64,000 bases of DNA from positions 558,001 through 622,000 of the forward strand of contig JAKIMF020000001.1 in the NCBI GenBank assembly GCA_022605425.2, written 5' to 3'. Shown here piece after piece: positions 24,501 to 37,399 of this stretch. The translations under genes and the position numbers were made by a program. The notes under the pieces were generated by a model. The model ran no database searches. It saw only the letters and a list, made by a program, of their open reading frames with translations, and was not told the origin of the DNA. Origin of the DNA: Hamiltosporidium tvaerminnensis FI-OER-3-3. Its lineage: Eukaryota > Fungi > Microsporidia. Each line of letters begins with the position of its first letter. Position 1 is the first letter of the stretch.

Positions 24501-27026
24501 ATGTATCCATTGGTTGTTTTCGGTATTGCTTCATTACTTTACTCTAATAAGAAAATATATTTAGATTTAAGAAAATGTTTCAAACACTGGATCCCTGGAA
24601 TCTTTATTCTAACGTATATAAATGCCACTTTGTTTTTAAGAACAAATAGTTGTGCATCGGTTATGGATCCAAGTTCATTACAATTCGCGTTTTTAAATGA
24701 TTTTTGGAAGAACAAGCTTTTTGAAAGAAAAAAGTTGAGTGGAGTAAAATATTGGCTATCCTGTCAGGACGGTAAAAAATCTAAAATTTGTCTTGGAACA
24801 CATCATTTTAAGGATAACTTATCAGATGAAAGTTTTTTGTATTCAGAGAACGATTTTAATTGTTCGTTAGGTATTAGTTTGTATCACCATGAGCCTTTAG
24901 ATAGTTTTGAAATTGACTATTCTGCAAAATGGAAGGTTAAATTCAGAGTTCTAAATAATTTTAGGGTATTGAATTTAGATAAACGTCCATTCATATTTGA
25001 AAATCGTTTAAAGGTAAAATATAATGAATTTTGTGTTTTTGTTAATTATTTAACGCTAAAAGATGACATGGATTCGTATATGTTGTCGTATAAATTGTTT
25101 TACAAATTTTTAGGAATGATTGAGATGTTAGATCCTATTAGTAGTGTATTTTTAAATAGGTTATATTCATTTCTACTAAAAACAGGATTTCTAGGCGCTG
25201 ATTCTGACAAAATAATTTCTGATTATAAAGAATACAAAACAAAATATTTGGATTCAAAAAAACATTCTATAATGTATTTTTTCCTAGTTTTAGATGACTC
25301 TTTAGATGCATGTTTGCATAGAGAGTTTTCTTACATTTCATTGTTTAAGAAAACCAATCAGTTGATCGATTGCGGCTTTAGACGAATTGACCATATGTCT
25401 TTTGTCGCTATGAATATTTCTGCATCTACGGTGGAATACATAGTAAAGAAATTCAATAGGGAACAACTGCTGATTTTCAATTGGATTCTATCTTGTATTG
25501 AAGTTTCAGGTTTCTATTTCAATAAAATCGAAATGACATATGCCGCACTTATAATTCCTCGCGTTTGTGATTTCGGCGTTGAAAAATTAGTTGAAGTCGA
25601 AAGAGGATCTCTTCATCTTGTATCTCCTATGTTTTTTGAGTTACTAAGTCCAACTAATATAGAAAGAATTTCATTTTTTAGGTTTAAGAGTATTATGTTT
25701 TCGTTTGATTCCTTGGTTTCTGTTTTCAAAAAAAACACATTTAAATATTTTGAAATATCAGATTGTTCATTTATAAAGCCTCAAATAATTTCAAGTTTAT
25801 TTCCGAGAAAGCCTTCATTAGAAATTTTAAAGTTGCAAGGAATAGTTTTGAGCAACCAAGATGTTGTTGCCATTCTGTATTTGAGCATTAGAACATTGGT
25901 TTTGAACAAATGTGAAATGGGAACCGATTTCAATCGGAAGACAAAATACAATGATAGGGTGAACTACAAGATTTTAAAGTCTTTAAGATCACTGGATATC
26001 TCGTTCAGCAAGTTGCCAGTAGAATTATTAAGTTTATTGTTGAATGCAGATAGTATTGAAAAACTAAATTTCAGTTCCTTTGAATTCATACCAAGAGGAG
26101 GGTTCTTTAAACAGACTTTATTTGATGTAAAAAGAAACTGGGTTTCTCTAATAACGAATAAATACATACCTAGTGAGTATTTTATGAATGTGGCAAGAAG
26201 TGCAGAATCTGTCAAGTTTTTCGTTTTATCCCAGGTTTCCTTTGAAGGCTGCTTCAGATTTTTTTTTAGTTTACACAACCTTTTTGATACAGTACAAGGT
26301 CTTGATATAAGTGGAAAGATAATATCGATCGAGATTATGAACTTATTGGGGGGTTTCAAACAAGTATCTCAGTTGAATATAGCAAATAGTCTCCCTGCTT
26401 CATTAGTAGGATTAGATAAATTGAATTTATTTAAAACGGTAGAGTATTTAAACGTTTCGGGTAACATAATTAGTTCAGATGATGATAACTTTGTCATCAA
26501 GTTTCGAAAACTGACTAAACTTGATCTTTCGAAAACTAATTTGAAAGATGACGCGTTAAATGAAATTCTCAATAGTGGAATTTGTGATTCTCTGATTCAT
26601 TTGAATTTATGCGGTGTGGAATTATCTGAAAAGAATTTTAGAAAGCTGTGCGAATTTAAATTGCTTAAACATTTGTCAATAGATTTTAAAAAATCATTGA
26701 ATGTTTCTCAATATGCAGATATTTTGAAAGATGCTATTTTCAGAGAAAATTTAAATGTCTTTTGTGTTGAGGCTATAGAAATTAATCTTGTTGATTTCTT
26801 TAAATTAATTTCCTTTCCCAAGTTAAAAAAATTTAGACTTGCATGCTATGTATTCGACGAATCTGTTCGATTCCTACAAAGGAACAATATTATTTATGAA
26901 AAAAATTTACGGATTGAAATTGTATCTATGGAAGCATTACCTTGTTATATAATAGAAGTTTTAAGCGGAGCCTTTGAAGATTATTGTATTTCAATTGTAG
27001 AAAATATGTCGGTTTGCATTAGTTAA
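24501..27026 (+). CDS. Leucine-rich repeat protein, 841 aa
   Basis: Repeated LxxLxLxx(N/S) units (LEILKLQG, LRSLDISFS, VQGLDISGK, VEYLNVSGN, LTKLDLSKT, LIHLNLCG). CCC immediately before the ATG. Hydrophobic N-terminus. Confidence 0.9.
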   Translation: MYPLVVFGIASLLYSNKKIYLDLRKCFKHWIPGIFILTYINATLFLRTNSCASVMDPSSLQFAFLNDFWKNKLFERKKLSGVKYWLSCQDGKKSKICLGTHHFKDNLSDESFLYSENDFNCSLGISLYHHEPLDSFEIDYSAKWKVKFRVLNNFRVLNLDKRPFIFENRLKVKYNEFCVFVNYLTLKDDMDSYMLSYKLFYKFLGMIEMLDPISSVFLNRLYSFLLKTGFLGADSDKIISDYKEYKTKYLDSKKHSIMYFFLVLDDSLDACLHREFSYISLFKKTNQLIDCGFRRIDHMSFVAMNISASTVEYIVKKFNREQLLIFNWILSCIEVSGFYFNKIEMTYAALIIPRVCDFGVEKLVEVERGSLHLVSPMFFELLSPTNIERISFFRFKSIMFSFDSLVSVFKKNTFKYFEISDCSFIKPQIISSLFPRKPSLEILKLQGIVLSNQDVVAILYLSIRTLVLNKCEMGTDFNRKTKYNDRVNYKILKSLRSLDISFSKLPVELLSLLLNADSIEKLNFSSFEFIPRGGFFKQTLFDVKRNWVSLITNKYIPSEYFMNVARSAESVKFFVLSQVSFEGCFRFFFSLHNLFDTVQGLDISGKIISIEIMNLLGGFKQVSQLNIANSLPASLVGLDKLNLFKTVEYLNVSGNIISSDDDNFVIKFRKLTKLDLSKTNLKDDALNEILNSGICDSLIHLNLCGVELSEKNFRKLCEFKLLKHLSIDFKKSLNVSQYADILKDAIFRENLNVFCVEAIEINLVDFFKLISFPKLKKFRLACYVFDESVRFLQRNNIIYEKNLRIEIVSMEALPCYIIEVLSGAFEDYCISIVENMSVCIS

Positions 27027-27779
27027 AGTTCTATAATTTCTATTGCTTTTTCTATTGTTTCAGTTTTCATCTTCACTAAAATTTTTATGAGTGTAAAAAT
27101 AAGAATTCAAAAATGTAGAATACTTAAACATTTGTTCATTTAAATGCTTTTATTAATTTTTTTTTTTAAATTTGCATTATTTGTTATGATATGTTTGCAG
27201 ATTCAATAAAATATGGTATTTGCTCTTATTTGAAAATATTTTATCGTTATTAGAATTAATCGTAAAAAAATTGAAAAAAGATTAGAAGAATATTAGAAAC
27301 GATAGAGAATATAATTATGTAATACTATGTTGCTTAAAACTTTTTTTAATTAGCAAAATTTGTAATAGTTATATCAAATCTTGTATTTTCAATATAGTTC
27401 TTTTTTTAAGTATTAATTAATTTTATTCTGTTGGTTTTCTTTCTTGATACGGTTTGCTTTATTCTGATACTTTTCATGTTTTAGAAAAAAATCTATATTT
27501 TTCGATTCTATTTTTTTATTTCGAAAAAATGCATTGATTTCCATTTTTATTTACGTTTGAATCAATAAATTTTATGTTTATTTTCTTACGCTTTATTGCT
27601 ATTTGAATTTTATGTGCATTTAATGTATTGGTTGATTGTGTCGTGTAGGTCTTTACAAAATCGATATTGATTACTTTATCGGCTCTCAGCTGCAATTTTT
27701 GTTGACCCCATACTCTCTAGGTACATTAAAAGATAAGATATTACTATTTTCTGATAACTATCGACTGAATATATGCCTC

Positions 27780-30700
27780 TGTATTTATGAGAATTGATGC
27801 ATTTAAATGCAATGGCTTCTCATGCGATCACATATTATTATCTAAATACTGCAAATATATAGAACCCAATTTATTAGCAAATAAGAGGATTTGTTGGTGT
27901 CGGGTTTCAATAATTCATATCTAATCGAAAAAAAAATATCTTTTGCGCTCAGTAAGTGTGATTTTAAATGGTTATAATCAGAAGAAATACAAAATAAGTT
28001 AATTATCTTAAATTTCGTGATGTTTTCAAACGATATCTACTCCTATTTCAGCATATTAATTATTAAGAATTTTGTAGCATTAACTTTAATTTGTTTTGAA
28101 GATTTAGACTAATATCCATTTGTTCCAAAGTAAATTTAAACCACGACCCACTAAATAATGTGATCTATTACAATTATATTCAAGCATCTTTTACATTTAG
28201 TTACTTTGGCCCGAGTTTTTCTAGAATTTTCATAAATTGAACTCTTCTTTCGTACCAAATAATACATTTTCTACATTGATGTAATAGAAGACACTCTGTA
28301 AATTGATTCCATACTCTCTTTTAAGCAATTCAGATAAACTAGAAATACCATTAAGCTATTATTTACAGGATTATATTGCTAATAATATAGCTCTCTGCTT
28401 TCTATTTCGTTATATAAATCGCCATTGGTGATTTTTTCAGTAATATTTCTCGTGATCTTTCTCTTATCATATATTTCACAAGAAATTAAACGTTGTATTC
28501 TAAATGATGCTTTTTTGATATTCTTTACATTAAAGTCGCGATCCTAATAAATATTTTCTCTTTTGAGAGAAAATAAAAGTTACAATATACTATATTTTCT
28601 TGCCTTGAAACCCATAAAAACCCATTTTAAGTTAATATCTAATGTAAATACGCGCTTTTTGTATTTCTATAAGAAAATTATCTTGTATTATTTTGGAACT
28701 ATGTAAACGCATCATAATTCTGATATTTGATGGGTTTAAGTCTAAGTACTCCCCATAAAGGTTTTTAGCTATACGAATGTTTATAAATTTTGATCGACTA
28801 AGTATTTTTGACTCTTGAAGTTATTTTTTTATTTTAATGACCGATCACCAACTTGATATTTTTTTTAGTTTCTATAATTTAAAATATTTTCCAAACTAAC
28901 TTTTTCTATAAGAATAGCGGTTCCTACTGACGTATAATTTGTTGCTGATTATTCCTTGATAATATCTAGTCATATTTCCACAAGAAATTTGTACTTCTCT
29001 TGTTTAAGAGTTAGGTGTGTTAAGTGACACCCGATGGATAAGATCATCCATGAACCTATGCAATCAGTTACAGAAAGTCTTCATTTGAAATTATTTCCAT
29101 ATTTGTATTTTTTGGAATGCATCCCAACGATTATTTACATCGTAACGAAATGGAAATGCATATTTTTTCCTGCAGATTTCCTTTTTGAACTTTCTGTTCA
29201 TGGTTTTTTAGCATTTAATCCTAGACTATTTTCATTTTTATATTTCTTAAACAAATCTGAGGATGCAATCAAAAAGGTACTTCTTAGCTTTAATTTTGAC
29301 GAATTCATGCTTGACTGAATATATATGATTTTTTATATCAATCTAGTTTACCCTGGGGGCGTTTCAAGCCTATATATTCAAATTAAATTCAAAAAATATC
29401 TGTAATTCTGCTTGTTGCAAAATGTTAAGTCTCGAATTACCTTTGCGCCATTATACTTCGTGTTATTAATCCAGTTGAATGTTTTTGTCTCTTCTTTCTC
29501 GTTAACTCGTAAATTTGCGACATTTTAGTGTTATGCAGACAACCAGGGATTTTTGCGCAAAAAATTTAATATAAAATATATGAGTATGTTGTGTAATTAA
29601 GAAGTTCTGTATTATTCCTTCACATTTAACTTTTACACTATGATAGAGGTATTCGTATATGTCCGTGCGTTTCAACTGGTAAAAAACTTACAAATATCAT
29701 AACCTCAGTTGCATTCTGGATAATATAGCGCATAAAAAGCGTTTACAACTTGTGAAGCTAAAAGATGTTGCTTCAATATATTTGATACAAAAAATTTACG
29801 CATTGTGTGTCCTCATTCAATAATATTTGTTCCATATTGTTAATTTAAAACTTACACTTTCATTTCGATTAATCACAGGTTTGGATTTGAACGGATAATC
29901 AAATTACAATTGAATTATCCTCAGAATAGCTCAATTATAGGATTCTTTTTTCGAAATTGTCTTTATTTATAGATCGTAAGCTTTGCTTTACAAACATCCA
30001 AAGACTCGTTCTTCTTTAGCCGAGTCACCTAAGAATATATTCGGCTCAGTCCAAATTCGACTTATAATTTCATTTTGTTCTTCTTTTTGTGATTAGTGAG
30101 TTTCTTTGCCGAAAGACACTCTTACGGAGATCTTTGGAAAGTATAAAAGATTTTCTTTTACCTTCAATATTTTCTTTCTCTGTAATAAAGTTTTTTTTAT
30201 GGGTGCTTTTTCCTGGGTACTTTGCGATTTACATGAATATTTTGAGCGTACTCAACCTGACTCTGGTAGATGAAAATCTGAATTTGTATTAGTTAATAGA
30301 TTTTTTAGAACCAGTGCTTTATTATAATAAGATATATTTTGGAGATTTTGAGTTCTGAATACCACGTTTTTAATTTAACTTCCTATATTTCTTGGAGTTT
30401 AATTACACGTCTAACTTATAAAGAATATACTTTGTGTGGTGTCGCCTTAAGAACGTGGCTCGGTAAGAAACAAAGCAGTTGCAATTTGCAATTGATTTTC
30501 TTCAGTCTTATTTCTCTTTCCAACTCATTGTGTGTCGAATTCGTAATACATCTTCACTCGAAACACAAAAAAAATCCTTATTTAGGTAGTACGTGAAGCC
30601 CACTCTATCTTATTTGATCAAATCCTTTCGAACCTTTTATTTACTGCAAAAAAAATCGAGTCTATTCCTGCCTTGCATCTGATACAAAATCGAGTATTCA

Positions 30701-30800
30701 TTTGTGTTTGGTTCGTCGGCTCTTTTTAAGAATTGCTTGGTAAAAAGGGTTTCAATATGTTCTAAATGGTTAGCATGCGATAAATTTAACTGAGAATTCG
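27780..30800 (-). mobile_element. Old, divergent RLE non-LTR retrotransposon copy
   Basis: Minus-strand remnants: LHRFMDDL (RT active-site motif, ~29040-29065), GVLRL (~28740), FYYINVENV (~28270), AEIGVD (~28040) and LFANKLG (~27870). Boundaries approximate. Confidence 0.6.
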
Positions 30801-31231
30801 TGTTCTATATAAAATGAGAGTAAGTATTTAATATAAAGATTTGAGTTTGTTAGGTTTTTGACTTAACTGTTTCCTTTGTTTTGATTGTAATGAAGGAGAT
30901 AAATAGTGAATTTTTACAAATTTTTTAATGCATCCCGTGCTATATTAGCTTTAACCACTATAGCATCATCGTTTACAGCCTTTTTTTATTGTTTTCTTCC
31001 ATTTTTAATTAATTTGTATATCCATGTTTGCTGTATATTTTCAAATATACTTGTGTTTATTTAACTAATAAAAACAAAAAATAAATCTACCATGTAAAAG
31101 TTTTAATATAACTATAAATTAAATTTATTCATTCACATTTCTGTATAAAATAGTTTCTATTCATTCCTCTTATTCAATAGTCACATTGTAGAAGAATCAA
31201 AGATTTAATTTAGAATTTTCCAAAATATTAT

Positions 31232-32393
31232 TTATTCGCATCGGTTGCCAAAGATGCCTTCTTTATCCGCAAAATAAATATAATCATGGCTAAAACATAT
31301 GTCTCTAATTACACTATTATAATTCAAGACAAGTTTTTCTGATAGTTTCTCATCCAGAAAGATAATTTTGTCTTCCGCACAACAAAATATATATCCATTC
31401 TCAGATTTTATAAAATCACAATTTTTATATTTTTTTATTTTTTTCAATTTATTTTCGTCAAAATTAACTTTAAAAACGAATCCTTTGATTCCTGCCACAT
31501 ATATTTCTCCTTCGTGAATACACATACCACATAAAATTTCATTGCAATTTATTTCTTTTTTATCGAAATTACAAATAACTTGAATATCTTCGTCATGAAT
31601 TTAATTTATCCAAATTTTCATTATCTTGATTGTATTTGAACATTCCCGCCACCCCATTTACACAACAATAAACTATACTTTCGTTTAAAATACTCACATT
31701 ACATATATTTCTTTTTATAGAATATTGTTTAATTAGATTTGAAATTATCAAAATATTTCCATCAGCACATCCAATAATTAATAAATTTCCTTTGTAAAAA
31801 CAACAGCTTATAAGTGATTTATTAGAGTATTTAATTTTATCTGTAATTATTATGTTATTAATGGTTACAATGTAATCAACATTAAGTTTACTCAAAATAT
31901 TATTTTCATTTAGTGTTTCTTTTTCACAATCGTATTTATAATTCATTTGAATAGAATTAGTATCATAAATATTTATTTTTTTACTTAAATCTGTATTATT
32001 CCCCACAAAATTTTCCTTTCCCAAAAAGATAATAGGATATTCAAATGTGTAAGATTTAATATTCTTACTTTCAATGTCAAAAACAATTATTTCACCATCT
32101 GATTTACAAATAACCAATTTTTTATCATTTGAATAGCACAAAGACAAAACATTATTTACATCTAACGATCTAGACACATCTCTATTTTCAAGATAATAAA
32201 TTATACAGTCATCTTCCATATTTAAATCAGAAATAGATGGACTATTTGCATCTCTAAAATACGTATATGTTGCATTTTTACGTAAAATTTTATTAAGATA
32301 ATCTGTCATATTTTGCTCTGTAAATTCTTTTGGTACGGAAATAATATTTGTTGTTAACGTATTTCTATTGATTAGTTTTAATACAACTGACAT
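31232..32393 (-). CDS. NLE/UBL + WD40 protein (Ytm1/WDR12-like ribosome biogenesis factor); +1 frameshift at 31593-31598, ~386 aa when joined
   Basis: N-terminus ISVPKEFTEQNMTDYLNKIL...YTYF resembles the NLE domain. WD-like blades on both sides of the junction (LLIIGCADGNI, IYVAGIKGFV, IYFADKEG). The +1 frame is open from 7 nt before the TGA. CCCC upstream of the ATG. Confidence 0.65.
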
Positions 32394-32608
32394 TCAATTA
32401 TTTTTTCTTGGAAGGGGATTTCTTGAAAAAATGAGTTTTCTTTCAAACAATCTTTAAAATTATAGAAATTCAAAAAATATACAAATTTTATTTCAAATTC
32501 TTTCAAATAAAATTAAGACAATATTAGCGACTTTTCCAAAAAATAAAATTTTATAAAAAAGTTCGCCTTTTTATCCATAAATTCATAAAAACTTCTTATA
32601 TAATTATC

Positions 32609-33260
32609 GGTGGAGGAAGGTTAACCACATAAAAAACTTTTACTTGGCAATGATATTGATCTTGAAGTCATATTTTTAATTTTTGGTGGGGATTAGACTA
32701 GACAAATTTTCGGGTGATTATGCGAATTTTATAAACGAGAGAAGATCAACATTATTTGAAAATTTTCATGTAATTAGATTAGAAACCCTCTCGGAGTTTG
32801 TTAATATTTGCCATTTAAAAGCAGGGAAACATAGCCTTGCTCATTCGATTTATAAGACTTAGCACCTGAAAGATACATTAAAACGTACATTTTAAAAAGC
32901 CAGGAATTCCAAGTAGCAGGCTTTATCTGTTGGATATGACATTTAAATGTCTGAAAAGACTCCATATAGGCGCTGAAATATATCATATCTAGATTTCTAT
33001 TCGGTTAAGTGATGTGTAGAGTAACTAAGAATGCTGTTGATCTTCGCACGAATCAAGGCGGGTTTCGATCCAAAATCATACGCCAGGCAAATACATCCCC
33101 CATTCAAGGAATTTAAAAATCTGAGTATAGGAAAGCCTCTGGGATTTAGGTACTTTAGGAGGATACCAATTGAATCCTGAGAGTGCTATTATTTATGTTA
33201 AACCTAGAACTGCGTTAATGTCATGAAAACAAATAACTTATGCCATTTTTGTAAACTAAA
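32609..33260 (+). repeat. Dispersed repeat family A, diverged copy
   Basis: GTGGAGGAAGGTTAACCACATAAAAAACTTT...GCCATTTAAAAGCAGGGAAAC...AAACCTAGAACT...CATGAAAACAAA, homologous to 15387-16108. Confidence 0.85.
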
Positions 33261-33574
33261 TGTTGATTTCTTTTTAAATAAACAAGTAGTTTGTTTAATG
33301 TATTATCTTTTATTCTTAAATCATTATTAAGGATAAATATAAATTGTATTTGTTTGGTTGCCTCTTTCTAATTGGCTATGTATGTGTAATAGGAACAATA
33401 TAAGTTGTTCATTCTCTACTTTACCAATTAAAATATAAATATAGTAAAAAATAATTAATACTTGATTAAAGGAAGTGGAATAGCATTGCATCAAATAAGA
33501 AAACTATTTTGTAAAAAAATTTGAGAATTCATAATGAGGGTTAAACAGCATACATTTGATTTTTTAAAAGAAAT

Positions 33575-33848
33575 CTAAAAAATTAATATTAATTTTGAAG
33601 AATTTGAAATACAAAACCATATTTTCATTATAGACTAATTTTTAAAAAATATTATTAATTTTGAAGAATTTAAAATACAAAACAATCTTTTATTCTACTT
33701 GCTATAAGAATTTCAATACAAAAGAAGTTTGAAATATAAAACTTTCTTTAAATCTTACTTACATTAAAAATTTGAATCCTAAAGAAGTTTGAAATACAAA
33801 ACAATTTTTCATTCTTACTTACATTAAAAATTTAAATCCTAAAGAAGT
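33575..33848. repeat. Imperfect ~60-75 bp tandem duplications upstream of the WD40-bromodomain gene
   Basis: Repeated AAGAA(T/G)TT(T)GAAATACAAAAC and TCTTACTTACATTAAAAATTT.AATCCTAAAGAAGT units. Confidence 0.7.
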
Positions 33849-34023
33849 GTTACACCGAACTTCATTGATACAGAAATATTTTTATTAAATTTACAGTCTT
33901 CTTTTACGACATTTTCAAGAAATATTTTTTTTTTAAAAAATTTAATTTTTTTCTTTTTTCAAACGTTTCAGATTTAAAAAAACTTTTTTATAAAATAAAT
34001 ACCCACAACTTAATTTTAAAAAA

Positions 34024-36945
34024 ATGGTAGAAAAAGAAGCATACAAAGCACTTCAACTAATTAAAGAAAGATTATCACATAAAAAAACAAACAAATCTAA
34101 AATAAAAGATTTAATACCTTACAATTCACAAAGAGTCTTTAAATTTGACCAACCTATTTTACAAGAACCAAATCAAGAAAAAAAAGAAAATTTTGAAAAA
34201 GTAGATTCTGTCTTACTCACAGCCATTGACACACTTTTAAGACACAGCAATGTTACCAATTTTTCTGAATTTTTACGTAGTTTTTCTTTTAAGAAACCAG
34301 TTCCTACACTAAAATCACTTACTGAACAGATTTCTTCTCCTAATTATACGTTGGCAGGTAAATATTTGGGACATTTCACACAAATATCTTGTATGTGCCA
34401 GGATGAAAATTCTACATTTGTATTTACAGGCAGTGAAGATGGAAATATAAAAATGTGGAATATAAAAACAGGAATTTCTTTAAATGTATTTTTATTACAT
34501 AAGCATACCATAAATGATATGTGTGTAAGTCAAGACTCTCAATTCCTTGCTTCCTGCGATAGCAGTGGCAGAGTAGTTGTGTGGTCATTGAAAACTTACA
34601 AACCTTTATACAACATGGAAATGGAAAGTGAAATAGAATTTGTACAGTTTATAAGAAAAGAAGAGGATATAAGAATTATAAATAGCAGTTATAGCGATAA
34701 AAATATATCGCAAGATACTGTGAACTCAACATACAACACGTATATTCTTTGCCTTGTATTTTCTTCTGGTGTCATTAAAACGATTACATTTGATAATGAA
34801 ACTACAATTGCTACGACTCAAAACACTTCTCTTATGGATATTTCTTTAGAAAATAGTCTTCGAGCTGTTTGTGTAACTGAAGGTTACAGATTTTTACTGT
34901 GTGGTGGTACTTTTCCTTTTCTTCTCATTTTTGATTTAACAATTCCAGAAAACTTTATAGTATTTGAAACGGGTGGATTCACTATTTCTTCTGTGTGTGC
35001 CAGTCGTCAAAATCTTAAATTTGCTGTCAGCACACATTTTGATTCAATAATTCAATACACTTTTATTCCAAGCGGTACTCCAATTCAAGGAAATTTTAAG
35101 AAAAAAAGAAAGGAAATTCAAGGACATTGGAAAAAGAATATAATTCATATTACTTCAGAATCCTACTGCGACAGACTTTGTTACCTTTCTGATGACACAA
35201 AATTGGTTGGTTTATTTATAGATAATAGTATAAGATTGTACCATAATAATATATTGACAGCTACTTACTATCTTTCTTCCTTTTCTTCTATACTTACGGC
35301 ATCTAATAATAATACAATTGCTGTGTGTGATGGAATGAATCTTTTGGTTTTGAATCAGACACTTTCTCCTGTTTATACAGATACTTTGTCTTTTAGACCG
35401 GTGGATTGTCTATTTAATAAAGAAAATTTGGTACTTTCAGATGAATTTGGATATATCGTGATTTACAGTATTTGTCCGTTTCTTAAGATTTATAAAAAAC
35501 AATCTTTACAACAATTTTTTGAATGTGAATTTTTGAATAGAAATTTGGAAATTGAAGAAGATTTTATCGAATGTAATGGAGATCCAATCTACGATATAAA
35601 CAAAAATACAAAAATACTTGAAAATAATTTTAGTTTGAAAGATGTATTAACAAACAAAACAAATAATATTTTTCAAATAAAAAATGAACGAGAAAATAAA
35701 AATGAAAAACCTGAAAATATTGAAGAATTTATGGATATTGAAATGACAAAAAAATCTAAAAATTTAATGGTTGGAAATTCTTATCAAATGTATTTAGAAA
35801 ATATGGCATTTGAACATCTGAAAGATGATTTTATTACGCCTACACAGTTTAAAAAGAAATATTTGTTTACTAACGAGACACAAGAAGAAACTAATAATAG
35901 TGAAAGCACTTGTTTGACAGAGAGTAGTATTACAAGCGATGATAATATTATCAGTGAAAGTACATTGGATGAAGAGAGTTATGTAAGTGAAATTACAGAT
36001 TCTACTTATTCTCAAGAAAGTGATATTATAATTACAACCGAAAGAATTGTAAGTGAAACTTTTAATATCGAACTTCAAAAATATGTTGAGAATTGGCTAC
36101 TTGGAAATACAGATTTTCAATCTTTTTTGCCACAAATTGGTGACAAATTATATTTTTTTAGTGAAAAATATAAAGAATTTAGAAATTACGAATTAAGAGA
36201 AGAATTTAATTGTGAATTCGATAATTTAAATAATTTAGAAGATTTGGAGGATTGTATTGTTGAAGTTAAAGATGTTCAGATTATTAAATATGATCCTTCG
36301 TATTTACAAGTAGAATGTATAAAAACAGAAGCTGAAGATCTAAATAGAAATAAAAGAATTAAAAATGGAAACGAATTTAATAAAAAAACGTTTTTTATAA
36401 AATATTACGATTATCCAAACGGCGGAAATATATTTTTATTGAAAGCTGTTTTTGACACACTAAATGAATTTAAATTTAGAAGAAATACTGTGGTAAGTGT
36501 GGTATATGATGGTATTTTATACACAGGTAAGGTTTTAAGGGTAGAAAGAGATGGAGCGATAGTATTGTATGATGATGGTACAGAAGAATGGGTGGGAAGA
36601 TATGACATGTACTGTAATTATACTTCGTATGGTGGATATATTGCAACAGAAATGTTGGATGGATTATTGAGTATAATTGGTAATTTTGGAGATGTAAGAG
36701 CATTATTTGTAAAAAGTAAAAGAAAAGAATATTTAGAAAGATGTTTCTACTTTGTTACATTGAATTTAATAAAAAAGAGAATTTTAAATGGATTTTATAG
36801 AAGTATTGAAAGTATTTTATGGGATTTTGATAATCTTTATGATAATTCTATTTATTTAGATGAGTCAGTGGTAAAAAGATGTGAAGAAATTCTTAAAGAA
36901 GTTTATTCGCTTTTTGGAAAAAATTTTAGGAAAAAAAGAAGATAG
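34024..36945 (+). CDS. Bromodomain and WD40-repeat protein (BRWD1/PHIP-like), 973 aa
   Basis: WD40 repeats (GHFTQIS...FTGSEDGNIKMW; HKHTINDM...LASCDSSGRVVVW), an acidic linker, the FLPQIGD motif typical of BRWD/PHIP, and a C-terminal bromodomain (LNLIKKRILNGFYRSIESILWDFDNLYDNS). Confidence 0.85.
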   Translation: MVEKEAYKALQLIKERLSHKKTNKSKIKDLIPYNSQRVFKFDQPILQEPNQEKKENFEKVDSVLLTAIDTLLRHSNVTNFSEFLRSFSFKKPVPTLKSLTEQISSPNYTLAGKYLGHFTQISCMCQDENSTFVFTGSEDGNIKMWNIKTGISLNVFLLHKHTINDMCVSQDSQFLASCDSSGRVVVWSLKTYKPLYNMEMESEIEFVQFIRKEEDIRIINSSYSDKNISQDTVNSTYNTYILCLVFSSGVIKTITFDNETTIATTQNTSLMDISLENSLRAVCVTEGYRFLLCGGTFPFLLIFDLTIPENFIVFETGGFTISSVCASRQNLKFAVSTHFDSIIQYTFIPSGTPIQGNFKKKRKEIQGHWKKNIIHITSESYCDRLCYLSDDTKLVGLFIDNSIRLYHNNILTATYYLSSFSSILTASNNNTIAVCDGMNLLVLNQTLSPVYTDTLSFRPVDCLFNKENLVLSDEFGYIVIYSICPFLKIYKKQSLQQFFECEFLNRNLEIEEDFIECNGDPIYDINKNTKILENNFSLKDVLTNKTNNIFQIKNERENKNEKPENIEEFMDIEMTKKSKNLMVGNSYQMYLENMAFEHLKDDFITPTQFKKKYLFTNETQEETNNSESTCLTESSITSDDNIISESTLDEESYVSEITDSTYSQESDIIITTERIVSETFNIELQKYVENWLLGNTDFQSFLPQIGDKLYFFSEKYKEFRNYELREEFNCEFDNLNNLEDLEDCIVEVKDVQIIKYDPSYLQVECIKTEAEDLNRNKRIKNGNEFNKKTFFIKYYDYPNGGNIFLLKAVFDTLNEFKFRRNTVVSVVYDGILYTGKVLRVERDGAIVLYDDGTEEWVGRYDMYCNYTSYGGYIATEMLDGLLSIIGNFGDVRALFVKSKRKEYLERCFYFVTLNLIKKRILNGFYRSIESILWDFDNLYDNSIYLDESVVKRCEEILKEVYSLFGKNFRKKRR

Positions 36946-37399
36946 AAATGAAATATTTATAAATTTTGTGTTTTTTAATCTTTGTTTTTTAGTTCCTTTG
37001 AAATACTAAAGATATAATTGAAATTTTTACAGATTTTGTGTGTTTATTTTGTTTGTAAGAAAAATTTCTACCAACAGAAGAAGATAGAATTGAGATTTTT
37101 ATTGAATTTTGTGTTTTATAAGTCATTTTGAAATAGCGATATCAAATCGTGGTTCATTCTGACATTCAACTAAATTTTTTATTTAACATTTTTTAATTTA
37201 ATTCATTAAAATTTTATATAATAAAAATCAAATTTATTCCTTTTTTATAGTTTAATTTATTCAAGATTCTTAAAAAAATTGAAGCTAAATTTATATTTTA
37301 ATTCAAAGATCTTCTTATTAATATCTTAATTGATAATTTTACTTTATTTAAATTTTTTATATTAAATCTAAGATGATGAAATGGGAATCGACTGACTAA

